From Bryobacterales bacterium (GTDB taxonomy: Bacteria; Acidobacteriota; Terriglobia; Bryobacterales; Bryobacteraceae), in contig CAWCJP010000012.1 in assembly GCA_963795925.1 (NCBI GenBank), positions 127,761 through 191,760 of the forward strand: DNA of 64,000 nucleotides, in the 5' to 3' direction. The position numbers were made by a program, and so were the translations under genes. Shown here one piece after another: positions 19,806 to 30,039 of the stretch (within the stretch, counting starts at the first letter, position 1; the number at the start of each line of letters is the position of its first letter). Below the pieces are notes generated by a model that did no database searches, was not told the DNA's origin, and saw only the letters and a program-made list of their open reading frames with translations.

Positions 19806-21576
19806 TCATTGAGCCAGGATCCAGACATCGTTGAAGAAACCCGCCGGTCCCGCGCCGCCAAAAACGATCAAACGATTGCTGACCGGATCCATGACCATGG
19901 TCGGGTTATCCCCCAGCCCGCCCCTGCCCGCAGGCGCCGTACCGGTGGGAGCCAGTTTCGTCCATTCCGATGGCGACGTGCCATTGGCGTTGGTCATACT
20001 CCACATCGAGTTGGTTCCACTGGCGCCGAAATATTCAGCCAGCTTCGAGGTCGAATTGTAGACTCCCACCGGGCCGACCCGGCCGTAGGAGGCGTACCAT
20101 TGGGCAACACGTTGCTCCACTCGGCGTTCCTTCCGAACCGTTCGCGTTGGACAAGGCATAGGTCCTGTTTGAAGCGGGACCGGTGCAGCAGGTGTACCCG
20201 CCAAATACCGTCATCACGTTGGCGCCCGCGTCGTAGGTCCCGGCCAATAGCGTGGTACCGGTGGGAAGAGTCCCCGTCTGGACCGGACCGTCCATTGCGG
20301 AATCCCGGAAGTCCCGTCGGCGCCCGACAGGGTCCATAGATCGGTCAGATTATTATTCGAAACTCCAACGCCTCCGTAGACGATCATCTGATTGGTCGCC
20401 TGATCGTAAGCCGCCACATGCTCCGATCGTGCCGGCGGTGGACTTCCGGAAACCGCCAGCAACTGCCAGGTGGGAGTGCCACCCGCACCGGACGCATTCG
20501 ACAGCACCCATACGTCATTAAGTTTCTGCGAGGAGCAAGCCATGCTGTCTCCCGCGAACACAATCATGCGATCGGTGGCCGAATTGTAGACGGCGCTATG
20601 CCCCGCGCGCCCGGGAGGCAACGTGCCGCCCGGCGCGACCAGGCTCCACGCAGGAAGCTCCCGCCAGACCGTTTGCCCCAGCCAGTACCCAGGTATCGTT
20701 CAGGCTCGGGACGGAACCGCTGCAAGCCGCGGTGTTTCCGCCAAATACGATCATCTGGTTACCGGTCGAGTTGTAGATCGCAGAGGCGTCCGCGCGCGCC
20801 ACGGGCGGTGTACCGGAGGGCCCCGCTGAAATCCAGGCAGGTTGCGGCGGCGCGGGCACGTTGGCGACATAGTTCAGCGCATTGGCCATCAGTTTGCCGC
20901 CGTCGGTTTCGCGTAGCCAAAAGTCGCTGCGGGCTACGTTCGATGGCGGATAAAAGTTCAGGTCCACGCGCTTGGTCCCGTTGATTACTCTCGTGGCGAT
21001 GAGCGGGCGGCCATTAGACCAGTCCGCGACATCTACTGCCGCAGCGTTAAGGGCTCCGGTGCCGTAGAACGAACTTGTGCCGCCACGGAAACTAAGGACA
21101 CCGCCCAGCAGCGGACTTCCGGCTTGGTGAATAGTCCCCAACGTGAGTGATTTTACGTCGCCCTGGGCCAAGGGCTCAATGGCCCAGTAGTCCTCCGTGG
21201 CGAACGCCCCTGAAAAGGGTATGCTGGCGTCGGCGAAGACCGCCACCACCACGCCGCCGCCCGCATCCACGTATGCCGCCAGATTATTACCGAAAGTCGT
21301 CGAATCCGCGTAACCGGGCGAGTCGCTGAAGACCAGAATGGCCTTATAGTTCATCATCTGCGCGAGCGTAGGCGTCACCGCCTTGATGTTGTAAGTGTCC
21401 ACGGTCGAAAACTGATTCGTGGACACAAGCTTGTTGTGAACATCGGCCATCCAGCTCGGGTCCGGCGGACTGGCCATAATTGCGACCGGGATCGGTTGCG
21501 CGGTGGCGGGCGCGGTCAGGGACAGCCCTGTAAATGCGAGAACAGCCATGTGAAAGGCTAGCGAACGTGAAGTCAT
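19806..21576 (-). pseudogene. secreted Kelch-repeat beta-propeller protein with a ~250-aa N-terminal alpha/beta domain; at least three frame breaks
   Basis: Signal peptide: MTSRSLAFHMAVLAFTGLSLTAPATAQ. Repeated blades: SAIYNSTGNQMIVFGG, HSAVYNSATDRMIVFAG, HVAAYDQATNQMIVYGG, GTYDAGANVMTVFGG, MVMDPVSNRLIVFGG. They are spread over three frames. Confidence 0.7.
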
Positions 21577-21697
21577 CGTCTCAGTTTCCTTGTGGAGCGA
21601 TTGTACTAGCGCGATGGTACTAGCGAACGCCATCGAAGTCAAACAGTCAAATAAGGCCCCACTCATTAGTGGTGCCATGGCGTCCCGAAGCGGAGGC

Positions 21698-24141
21698 TCA
21701 CTCGTGGCGCAAAGTCTGAATCGGATCCAGACGCGCAGCGCGGCGCGCGGGAACGGCCGCCGCCACCAGCGCCACCACGCATAACAACACGGCAGCCGCG
21801 CCCGCCGCCGCCGGATCGGCCGGCTGCACTTGAAAGAGCAGAGCGCGCAACAGGCGTGCGGCTGCGAGCGACCCGCCCGCGCCCATCACAATGCCCGCCG
21901 CCGTCCAGCGCGCAGCCGATAGAAGCGTCATGCGCAGGATGCGCCCGGGCGTGGCGCCCAAGGCCATCCGTACTCCGATCTCACGCGTCCGCTGCGCCAC
22001 CAGGAACGACATGACGCCGAACAACCCAACCGCTGCGATCGATACTCCCATACCGGCGAAAACGGCCAGCAGGATCGCGTAGAAACGCGGCCGTTGGTCG
22101 ATTTCCCGCAGGCGCTGATGCATCGTCTCCATCTCCACCGGCAGCGCCGGATCGAGCGACTGCAGGATCGCGCGAATGGAACCGGCCGCCAGCTTCGGAG
22201 CGATGGCGGTGCGCACAATGACCACGGCCGAGCGCCAGCCGTAGGAGGGATCCTGGTTTTCGAAATTGAAATCGGCCGAGGGCTTGCGCACGATGTAGTA
22301 CTCTGGCGAGCTTTCCCGCGTTGCGCCGAAGTTGGTCACGTCTCGCGCGATGCCCGTCACGGTGGCCCACTGGCCCTGTGGCCCCTTCAGAATATGTTTG
22401 CCGATAGGGTCTTCGTGCGGGAACATTTTCCGGGCCAACGATTCGCTGAGAATCGCCACAAACGCGGCCGGGTCGCGGTCCTGTCCCATAAACGGCCTCC
22501 CGTGCACGATGGGGATTCCCAGCGCCGCGAAATAACCGGGCGTGACATAGCGCCAGCCCACCATCCCGCCGGAGCCTTCCGGGCGGCGCGGCTGTCCTTC
22601 GATATCGATCGCTGCGAGCGGCCGCCCACGCATGCCGCCCGACGGCGGAATGGAATCCGCGATGGCCATCGCCTCCACGCCGGGCGCGGCAGCCATACGC
22701 CTCTCCAATTCGTTGAAGAACGCAAGTTGTTGTTCGTCGCGGCCGTAATGCTGGCGGCCCAGCACGAAGCGCGCCGTCAGCACGCGATCGGTTTCCATGC
22801 CCAGCGGCACACTCTCCAGTCTCCAAAGGCTGTGCAGCAGCAGGCCCGCGGCCGTCAACAGGACCATCGAGAACGCGATTTCGAGAGTCGCCAGCGCCGG
22901 GCGCAGCCCGCCGCGCGAACGCACCGTGGAATGCCAGCCACCCACCAGCAGCGATCCGGAACGCCGCAGCGCCGGCGCCATGCCAAAGAGCACGCCCGAA
23001 CCGAGCGCCGCGCCCACGGTGAACAGCAGCATGCGCGCATCGATGGCGGCTTCCTCCAGGCGCGGCAACGCGCCCGGCGCGATGGCGATAAAGACGCGCA
23101 GCAGCGCCCCGGCCAGCGCGCAGCCGAGCGCGCCGCCGATGGCGCTCAGCACCAGGCTCTCGGTGAGAGTTTGCCGCGCCAGGCGCAGACGGGAAGCGCC
23201 CAGCGCCGCGCGCACGGCGAGTTCCCGTTCGCGCGATACGGCGCGCGCCAGCAGCAGGCTCGCGATATTCGCACAGGCGATGAGCAGCACCGCCATCACC
23301 GCGCCGGCCAGCGCCAGCGAGGCGGCCCGCGCATCGCCCATCTGCCGGTTCCGCAAAGGGCGAACGCGCAGTGAGATTTCCTTGCGAAACTGCGGCGGCA
23401 CCGTCTCGAGCGCACGCTGGAACTGCGGCTCGATCGCGGCCGTCGCCTGCCGCACCGAAATGCCTGGCTTCAGGCGCGCAAACACGCGTAGAGCCCGGCC
23501 GTTGTGCTCGGTCGATTCGTTGAGCGCCAGCGGAAGCAGCACATCGCCTTCCGCCAGTGTGGGCATCAGGAAATCCTTGGGTAAGACACCACGATCTCCG
23601 CCGGCGCGCCATCCAGTAACAGCGTCTTGCCCACCGCCCGCGGATCGCCCGCGAAACGGCTGCGCCACAACCCATAAGAGATCATGGCCACCGGCGGCCC
23701 GCCGCGACGATCCTCTTCGCGTGTGAAGGCGCGCCCGGCCAGCGGCCGGATGCCGAGCACGTGCAGAAAGTTGGCCTCCACGCGCAGCGCGCGCAGCCGC
23801 ACCGGGCGGTCCTCGGTGAGATCGGTGGGGATGCTGCCCGCCTGAAAAGCCGTCACCTCCTGGAACGGTCCGGGATCGCGCCGCAGACTGAAATATGCAT
23901 CGGAGAACAGGAATTCATTGGTATCGAGCGGTGTCATCATCCCGGCCGATACCAGGCGGTCCTCGTCCGCATACGGAAGCGCGCGAAACAGGATGCGGTC
24001 CACCGCGCTGAACACGGCGCTCGTCGCGCCAATGCCCAGGGCCGCCGTCAGGATCGCAGTCAGAGAGAAAGCGCGATTCCGCACCAGCCCGCGCACGGCA
24101 TACCGTACATCGAACCAAGTGTTCTCAAGTGCAGCCCGCAT
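21698..24141 (-). pseudogene. ADOP-family (acidobacterial duplicated orphan permease) FtsX-type permease; one frame break near 23580
   Basis: N-terminus: WFDVRYAVRGLVRNRAFSLTAILTAALGIGATSAVFSAV. Two FtsX modules are present (LARAVSRERELAVRAALGASR and VAQRTREIGVRMALGATPGRIL). The frames join at APAEIV|GVLPKDFLMP. Confidence 0.85.
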
Positions 24142-24176
24142 GCTCTAATAATAAATGCTCTATGATAAAACGCGCG

Positions 24177-24812
24177 CTACAGATGATGGCGTTTGAGGAA
24201 GCGCTTGAAGTCCGGCAGGAATTCCGGAAACAGATTGCCGAATCCGCTTCCCGCCACGCTGTTTGCCCAATTGATCGCCGTGGCGGAGACGTTCCGGCTG
24301 GGCGGTGGATAATAGGCGTTGGAAAGCCCGGCTTGCAAGCCGCACCCGAAGAGGTTTGCCCAGTTGACGGTCCGCGCTCCGGCGTCCGTTCGCGTGACCA
24401 CCGCCCGGCTGATGGCATATCCGAAGCGCGACCAGAACCTGTGCCCCTCACCCTTGCGCCGGTAGCGGGTGTCCTCGTGAAATGCGGAAGCCAGCAGGAA
24501 ATCGCTGAAGAAGTTCTGGCTGATGTTATCGCCAATAGAGGCGCCGAAGCGCTCGGCCAGCGGCACGCCAGCCACGCCATATTCAGGATCGGATCTGGTC
24601 GCCTCCGACACTCCGGCAGTGGCGACGCCCGCCATCAGAATAAAGGGAGATAGGGTCTCTTCTTTGAAGAACTGCCATTTTTCGGCGACGCTGGGTGGCG
24701 TTTCCACAAGGCTGGCCATGTTCGGGCCGATGGGCGGCGGATCTTGCGCTATGCCCCGCGACGGCCAAAGCAAAACCGCGGCTGCCATCGCCAGATAGGG
24801 CCAAGACCTCAC
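24177..24812 (-). CDS. hypothetical secreted protein
   Basis: The ORF end is fixed by a stop. I chose the GTG at 24812 (VRSWPYLAMAAAVLLWPSRGIAQ, signal-peptide-like); ATG 24787 is an alternative. It contains FHEDTRYRRKG. I cannot name the family. Confidence 0.45.
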   Translation of the reverse strand: MRSWPYLAMAAAVLLWPSRGIAQDPPPIGPNMASLVETPPSVAEKWQFFKEETLSPFILMAGVATAGVSEATRSDPEYGVAGVPLAERFGASIGDNISQNFFSDFLLASAFHEDTRYRRKGEGHRFWSRFGYAISRAVVTRTDAGARTVNWANLFGCGLQAGLSNAYYPPPSRNVSATAINWANSVAGSGFGNLFPEFLPDFKRFLKRHHL

Positions 24813-24850
24813 CCTTCTAGGATGCTCCAAATCGGATTTGGATTGCAGCG

Positions 24851-26308
24851 TCAACAAGCGATTCCGCGCGCCCGCAGCGCCGTCCGCGCCGCGTGATAGC
24901 CGCACATCCCGTGCACGGCCCCGCCGGGCGGTGTGGACGACGAGCAAAGGTAAACATCCGCAAGCGGCGTGCGGTAGAGCATAGGTGTGGGCCGCAGCAC
25001 AAGCTGCATCAGATTCTGCGCGCCGCCGGTGATATCGCCGCCCACCAGGTTCGCATTGTGCCGCTCCATCTCCGCCGGCGTTACCGCGTGACGCGCCAGA
25101 ACGCAACTGCGGAAACCGGGCGCGAAGCGTTCTATCTGCCGTTCGATGGCTTCCGTCATATCGGCTGTGCAGGCGTGCGGCACGTGACAATAAGCCCACG
25201 CCGTGTGTTGGCCGGCAGGCGCGCGGCTGGGGTCGAACAGGCTGGGCTGCGCCACCAGCACAAAAGGCCGCTGGCTGGGCAGGGTTCCGGTAATGGTGCG
25301 CTCGCTGGCCGCGATTTCATCTAGAGATCCGCCCACGTGCACCGTACCCGCGCGGGCACATTCAGCGGCTTTCCAGGGGATAGGCGCGCTCAGGGCCCAG
25401 TCCATTTTGAACACGCCGGGGCCGTACCGGTAAGCCTCCAGCTTGCGGCGGAAGCCATCCGGCACGCGGCTGCCGGCCATCGCCAGGAATTGCCGCGGCG
25501 TTACATCGCACATTACGAGCGTTCCATCGCCCAATTCATCGAGCGACTGAATGCGGCGTCCGGTGACGATGCGCCCGCCCAGCGATTCGAAGTAGGATGC
25601 CAGCGCGTTCGTGATGGCTTGCGCCCCGCCGCGCGGGATCGGCCAGCCGACGGCATGCCCGGCCGCTGCCAACAACCACCCGAAGGCGGCCGAGCCGAGC
25701 GCGTCGAGCGGCAGGATCGAATGCGCGGCATTACCCGCGAACAGGGCGCGCGCTCGTTCCGTGCGAAAGATCCGCCGCGCCAAGGGCGCCGCGGGCCAGA
25801 AACCGACCGCTCCGAAGCGTGCCAGCAGCCATGGATGCGTGGGCACCCGCAGGAGCGGCCCCTGGATCATTGGCACCAGCTCGCGCCAGCACCGGACCAA
25901 TGGGCCAATCGCGCGCCTGTACGCCGCGCCATCCGCGCCCAGGCGCTCGCAAGTCTCGTCCAGCGGCATGGCCATTACCGCGGCCGATCCATCGTCCAAC
26001 GGATGTGCCATCGGTAGAGGCGGGTGGATCCATTTGAGGCCGTGCTCCGCCAGCGGGAACGAAGCAAAGACCGGCGAACTGGCCGCGAACGGATACACGG
26101 CCGAGCAGACATCGTGCACGAACCCCGGCAGCGTCAGCGGCGCCGAGCGCGCGCCGCCGCCGATCGAGAGCTCAGCCTCGAACACCGTGGTGCGCAGGCC
26201 GGCCTTCGCCAGCACGATGGCCGCGGTCAGGCCATTGGGCCCCGAGCCGACCACGCAAGCCTCTTGATTATGGGCGGGAATGATCTGCCTCCGTCCCAAG
26301 CCCGTCAT
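24851..26308 (-). CDS. phytoene-desaturase-family NAD(P)/FAD-dependent oxidoreductase
   Basis: 485 aa, intact. Dinucleotide-binding motif: CVVGSGPNGLTAAIVLAKAGLRTTVFE. The C-terminal GGAVHGMCGYHAA is typical of CrtI-like amine-oxidase folds. Confidence 0.8.
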   Translation of the reverse strand: MTGLGRRQIIPAHNQEACVVGSGPNGLTAAIVLAKAGLRTTVFEAELSIGGGARSAPLTLPGFVHDVCSAVYPFAASSPVFASFPLAEHGLKWIHPPLPMAHPLDDGSAAVMAMPLDETCERLGADGAAYRRAIGPLVRCWRELVPMIQGPLLRVPTHPWLLARFGAVGFWPAAPLARRIFRTERARALFAGNAAHSILPLDALGSAAFGWLLAAAGHAVGWPIPRGGAQAITNALASYFESLGGRIVTGRRIQSLDELGDGTLVMCDVTPRQFLAMAGSRVPDGFRRKLEAYRYGPGVFKMDWALSAPIPWKAAECARAGTVHVGGSLDEIAASERTITGTLPSQRPFVLVAQPSLFDPSRAPAGQHTAWAYCHVPHACTADMTEAIERQIERFAPGFRSCVLARHAVTPAEMERHNANLVGGDITGGAQNLMQLVLRPTPMLYRTPLADVYLCSSSTPPGGAVHGMCGYHAARTALRARGIAC

Positions 26309-27722
26309 AAGAAGTTGGAGGAAAGTACGTACCCACCAGCGTTCGTTTCCACCAATCTCCGGTCCCGCTGCGCTCGGCGGCAGTCGTGAAATGGTACTCG
26401 TAAAGCAGCGCGCGCACGTAGCGCGGCGGCCTGTCCGGAAAGGGATTGCCTTCTAGCAGCGAAAGCACCGGGCGATCGCCTTCGAGCAGCTTGGTCATGA
26501 AGGGCTCGAACCACGCCTGCGCTTCGGAGGCCGAGAACGGTGCAAACCACATCAGCCAGTCGAGCCGCAGGTGATACGGCGCAATCTGTGGCGGCATGCG
26601 CCCCAAGCTGCCGGGCTTGCCGCGGAATTCGTATTCCCGCCACTTTGTCGATGCGGTCACCACCGCTTCGTCCGTTCCTGCCACAATCACCTCGTAGCGC
26701 GGGCGCGTAATCGACCCGAACGCGCCGTACGTGCCCACCAGATGGAAACGATTGTAGACGGTATTCATCACCTGTGCGGGCGACAACATGTTGCGCACCG
26801 GCTGCACGCTCAGCGTCGCCACCAGGAAAGCCAGGGCAATCGTTGCCACGCGATGCGCCAGCGCGGGCCTGTGCATCTCCGGTGCGCGCAGCGGAACCAG
26901 CCGCGCCAGAAACCGGTCGTCGAACGTGCTCACAGCCAGCACCATGGTCAACGCGTTCAACCACGACAGGTTCCCGCCCGCGAAGATGAGCAACTGGAAG
27001 GCGATGGTGATGGCGCCCGCGATCGCGCTAATTGGCTGCGGGAAGAAGTAGCCGAAGGGAACCACCAGCTCCGCAAAGTGATTGAACAGCACACCCGATT
27101 TGTGGAACCAGCCGGGCGCCCAGTGAAAAAACCAGCTCAGCGGTCCGGGCATGGGCTGCGTCTCATAGTGATACGCGAGGCAGGTGAGATCGCGCCAGCA
27201 AGGGTCGCCGCGCATTTTGATCAGTCCGGCGCCGAACATCAGGCGAAACAGCAGCCATCGCAGCAGCCAGATTCCGATGGTCTGCGGCTCCGCGCGGCGG
27301 CTGCCGAGGAAGATGGCATAGAAACAGGCTTCGAGCAGAATCGACTCCCAGCCGAAGCCGTAGAAAATCTGGCCGGTGTTCACGAATGAGATGTAGAGCA
27401 CCCAGAGCAGGGCCCACACCAGCATCGAGAGCCAGGTTCGGTAGCGCTCCGCGAGGCCGGCCAGCGCCACGCACGCCAGCAGCACGCCCAGCCACGCCGC
27501 GATGGTGAAAGCCGTGTCGTTGGGGGCGAAGTAGAACAGGCTGGGCGAACTCGCGAACGGGACTGTTTGCGTGAACCGCGGCACCGGCAGCAGTCCGTGC
27601 TCGCCCAGCAACGGTTTGAATTCAAATGCGGCGTTCAGGAAGGCTACCAGCAGAACCAGCGCCAGCCCTCTCTGGTAGACGAGCCGGGTGAGCCGGAAAC
27701 TCTCGGAGCCGATCCAGCGCAT
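26268..27722 (-). CDS. lipase maturation factor (LMF1/DUF1222) family membrane protein
   Basis: 484 aa, intact and polytopic. The N-terminus LVYQRGLALVLLVAFLNAAFEFKPLLGEHGLLPV and overall layout match bacterial LMF-family proteins as I remember them. Its ATG shares one nt with the MFS stop (TAATG). Confidence 0.7.
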   Translation of the reverse strand: MRWIGSESFRLTRLVYQRGLALVLLVAFLNAAFEFKPLLGEHGLLPVPRFTQTVPFASSPSLFYFAPNDTAFTIAAWLGVLLACVALAGLAERYRTWLSMLVWALLWVLYISFVNTGQIFYGFGWESILLEACFYAIFLGSRRAEPQTIGIWLLRWLLFRLMFGAGLIKMRGDPCWRDLTCLAYHYETQPMPGPLSWFFHWAPGWFHKSGVLFNHFAELVVPFGYFFPQPISAIAGAITIAFQLLIFAGGNLSWLNALTMVLAVSTFDDRFLARLVPLRAPEMHRPALAHRVATIALAFLVATLSVQPVRNMLSPAQVMNTVYNRFHLVGTYGAFGSITRPRYEVIVAGTDEAVVTASTKWREYEFRGKPGSLGRMPPQIAPYHLRLDWLMWFAPFSASEAQAWFEPFMTKLLEGDRPVLSLLEGNPFPDRPPRYVRALLYEYHFTTAAERSGTGDWWKRTLVGTYFPPTSYDGLGTEADHSRP

Positions 27723-29029
27723 TACTCCGGCAGCTTATCTTGTTGCGGCTCCGGCAGCCAGAAGCTCGCCAGGAAGCCCACCCCATACACCAGCAGCGCC
27801 ACCAGCGCAGCCGCATAAGGCAGCGACATACCGGTTTCCAGTTGCGTGGTGAGCAGCGCCGCCGAGGTGCCGATCATCCGGCCGCCGATATTGGCCGCGA
27901 AACTCTCCCCCGTGCCGCGCAGATGCGTGGGATACATCCTGGGCAAATAATTTCCCCAAAAACTGAACTGCGCGACCGTCACGAATCCCGCCAGGAAGAT
28001 GCCGATCTTCACCATGCCCAAATCGTGCGTCGCCGCATAGAAAAATACAAACGGCACAATGAACAGACCGGGAACCTGAAAAATACGCAAAAGCTTCCGC
28101 CGGCCCACGATGCGAATGGCCAGAATGGCGAGCGCCACGCGGCCCAGAAGCCCGCCGGTCTCCTGCAGAAGCTGTACGTTGGCGGCGATGTGCTGCCGCA
28201 CCGGCTCCGCCAGGTGCACCACCTGGGGCAAAGTGGGGACAATGCGCGGCATCTGCTGAATCGCGCCGAACGCCGCGCCGTAGCTGCACGCGAACATCAA
28301 CGTGGTCACCAGGGTGGTCCTGCGAAATTCCGGCGTGAACAACTCCGCAAGGCTGGGCCGCTTCAGCGTGCCGGCGGCTTTCTTCTGCTGCCAGGCAGGG
28401 GATTCCGGCAGGAACGGGCGGATAATAATCAGCGGAATCGCCGGAATCAGCCCGGAGATGAGCGCGTAGCGCCAGGGTTTATGGGCTCCATAAATGGCGG
28501 GAAAGGAATTGGCATGGGTAACCACAAATCCGTACACTGCGCTAATCAGCAAGCCGCCGACCGAACCGAATGCTTGCGTGTAACCCAGCACGGCCTCGCG
28601 CTGCTTGCCGTCGGGGAACAGCTCCGCCAGCCACGCCACCGCGGCTACGAATTCCACGGACACGCCGATGAAGGTGGTGCAGCGCAGCGCCAGCAGCATG
28701 CCCGCGGACGTGGCGTATCCCGATGCCACCGCCGAGAAAGCATATAGCAGAATGCTCCAAACGAGCACCCGCCGCCGCCCCAGGCGGTCGGTTAAATATC
28801 CGCCCAGCAAGCCGAAAATACCACCCGCCACGGCTGGCACGTAGAACAACAGTCCAACCCACGTAGTCGGTTTGCCCTTAACCAGCTCACTCAGTGCGGG
28901 CCGCACGATCAAAGGCAAAACCAGCAGCACATAGGTATCGAATGCGAATCCTATAGCGGCGATGGCGCAGATTACCCATTGCACGGCGGTGAGGCGGAAC
29001 GGCGTGGCGGCGGCTGGCGGTGGGGCCAT
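27722..29029 (-). CDS. MFS transporter
   Basis: 435 aa with about 12 TM helices. Loop 2-3 signature: GYLTDRLGRRRV. Confidence 0.85.
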   Translation of the reverse strand: MAPPPAAATPFRLTAVQWVICAIAAIGFAFDTYVLLVLPLIVRPALSELVKGKPTTWVGLLFYVPAVAGGIFGLLGGYLTDRLGRRRVLVWSILLYAFSAVASGYATSAGMLLALRCTTFIGVSVEFVAAVAWLAELFPDGKQREAVLGYTQAFGSVGGLLISAVYGFVVTHANSFPAIYGAHKPWRYALISGLIPAIPLIIIRPFLPESPAWQQKKAAGTLKRPSLAELFTPEFRRTTLVTTLMFACSYGAAFGAIQQMPRIVPTLPQVVHLAEPVRQHIAANVQLLQETGGLLGRVALAILAIRIVGRRKLLRIFQVPGLFIVPFVFFYAATHDLGMVKIGIFLAGFVTVAQFSFWGNYLPRMYPTHLRGTGESFAANIGGRMIGTSAALLTTQLETGMSLPYAAALVALLVYGVGFLASFWLPEPQQDKLPE

Positions 29030-29093
29030 ATTTTGGGTGTTCCCTCTGAATTTGAATTTTCAGGTAGTATGGCATAGTCGGGTAGAGGATTTC

Positions 29094-29594
29094 ATGCAGA
29101 GCGAACAAAACGCGGTTGTAACCAACAAAAGAGGGGGGAAGCGTTCCAAAATGTGGATAGTTTTTGTAATTGGCGCGGTGCTGTCGTGGGGCGTTTATGG
29201 CCCCGCACTGCACAAAGGGCAGACGGAGCTCGGCAATCCGCTGAAGGCGCTGTTGTGCGTGGGATTTGCGTATTTTCTGATCGGCGTTCTGGTGCCGGTG
29301 GGGGGGCTGGCCTCGCAGGGCGGCCTCAGCGGCTTCAACGCCGGCGGAACCATCTGGTCCACCATCGGCGGCGCACTAGGCGCGCTGGGCGCGGTGTGCA
29401 TCATCTGGGCGTTCAAGTCCGGCGGGGTTCCCAACATCGTGATGCCGCTGGTCTTTGGAGTGGCGCCGCTGGTGAACGTAGTGGTCGCAATGTCGATGCA
29501 TCCGCCAAAGAATGCGCCCAACCCGCTGCTCTACGTGGGCATTTTGCTCACGGCGCTGGGCGGAGGGCTGGTACTGTATTACAAGCCGTCGTAG
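29094..29594 (+). CDS. small four-TM membrane protein, unknown function
   Basis: ATG 29094 is preceded by GAGGA; ATG 29151 is an alternative. Gly-rich helices (WIVFVIGAVLSWGVYG, LLCVGFAYFLIGVLVPVGG, IGGALGALGAVCIIWAF, LLYVGILLTALGGGLVLYY). Confidence 0.5.
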   Translation: MQSEQNAVVTNKRGGKRSKMWIVFVIGAVLSWGVYGPALHKGQTELGNPLKALLCVGFAYFLIGVLVPVGGLASQGGLSGFNAGGTIWSTIGGALGALGAVCIIWAFKSGGVPNIVMPLVFGVAPLVNVVVAMSMHPPKNAPNPLLYVGILLTALGGGLVLYYKPS

Positions 29595-29600
29595 GCTGTT

Positions 29601-30029
29601 TTACGGCTGCAGAGTTTTTAGGTAGGCGTAGACGGCTTCTGCGTCCGCGCGCGTCATGTGGTATTGATGCATGGGCTGCCGCGGCGGCTTGCCGGTGCGC
29701 GCGATGCCTGTGGTGAGCAGCTTCATGAAATCGTCTTTGGTTCCGGGCGGCCCGCCGGCGATGCGCGGCACTTCAAGCGCCCAATCGGGCGCCGGATAGG
29801 TTGGCCGGATTTGCAAAGGTCCGCCCTTGAGCCAGTTCCCCACGTCGGCTTTGCCACTCTCGTCGCGGCGCGTGTGACACTGTTCGCACATGGCGACATC
29901 TTCTACTATGTACTTGCCGCGTGAGACGGTATCATGCGTTGCCCCATTTGCAGGTGTCCCTGCAGGCTTCGTCTGGCCGAGGCCGGCCCCGGCCGTGATT
30001 GTCAGTGCAATCAAAAGGAACTTGCTCAT
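29601..30029 (-). CDS. c-type cytochrome, monohaem
   Basis: 142 aa with a signal peptide and a single CEQCH haem-binding motif. It lies 10 nt downstream of the PQQ-like gene. Confidence 0.8.
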   Translation of the reverse strand: MSKFLLIALTITAGAGLGQTKPAGTPANGATHDTVSRGKYIVEDVAMCEQCHTRRDESGKADVGNWLKGGPLQIRPTYPAPDWALEVPRIAGGPPGTKDDFMKLLTTGIARTGKPPRQPMHQYHMTRADAEAVYAYLKTLQP

Positions 30030-30039
30030 GTTGACGCCT

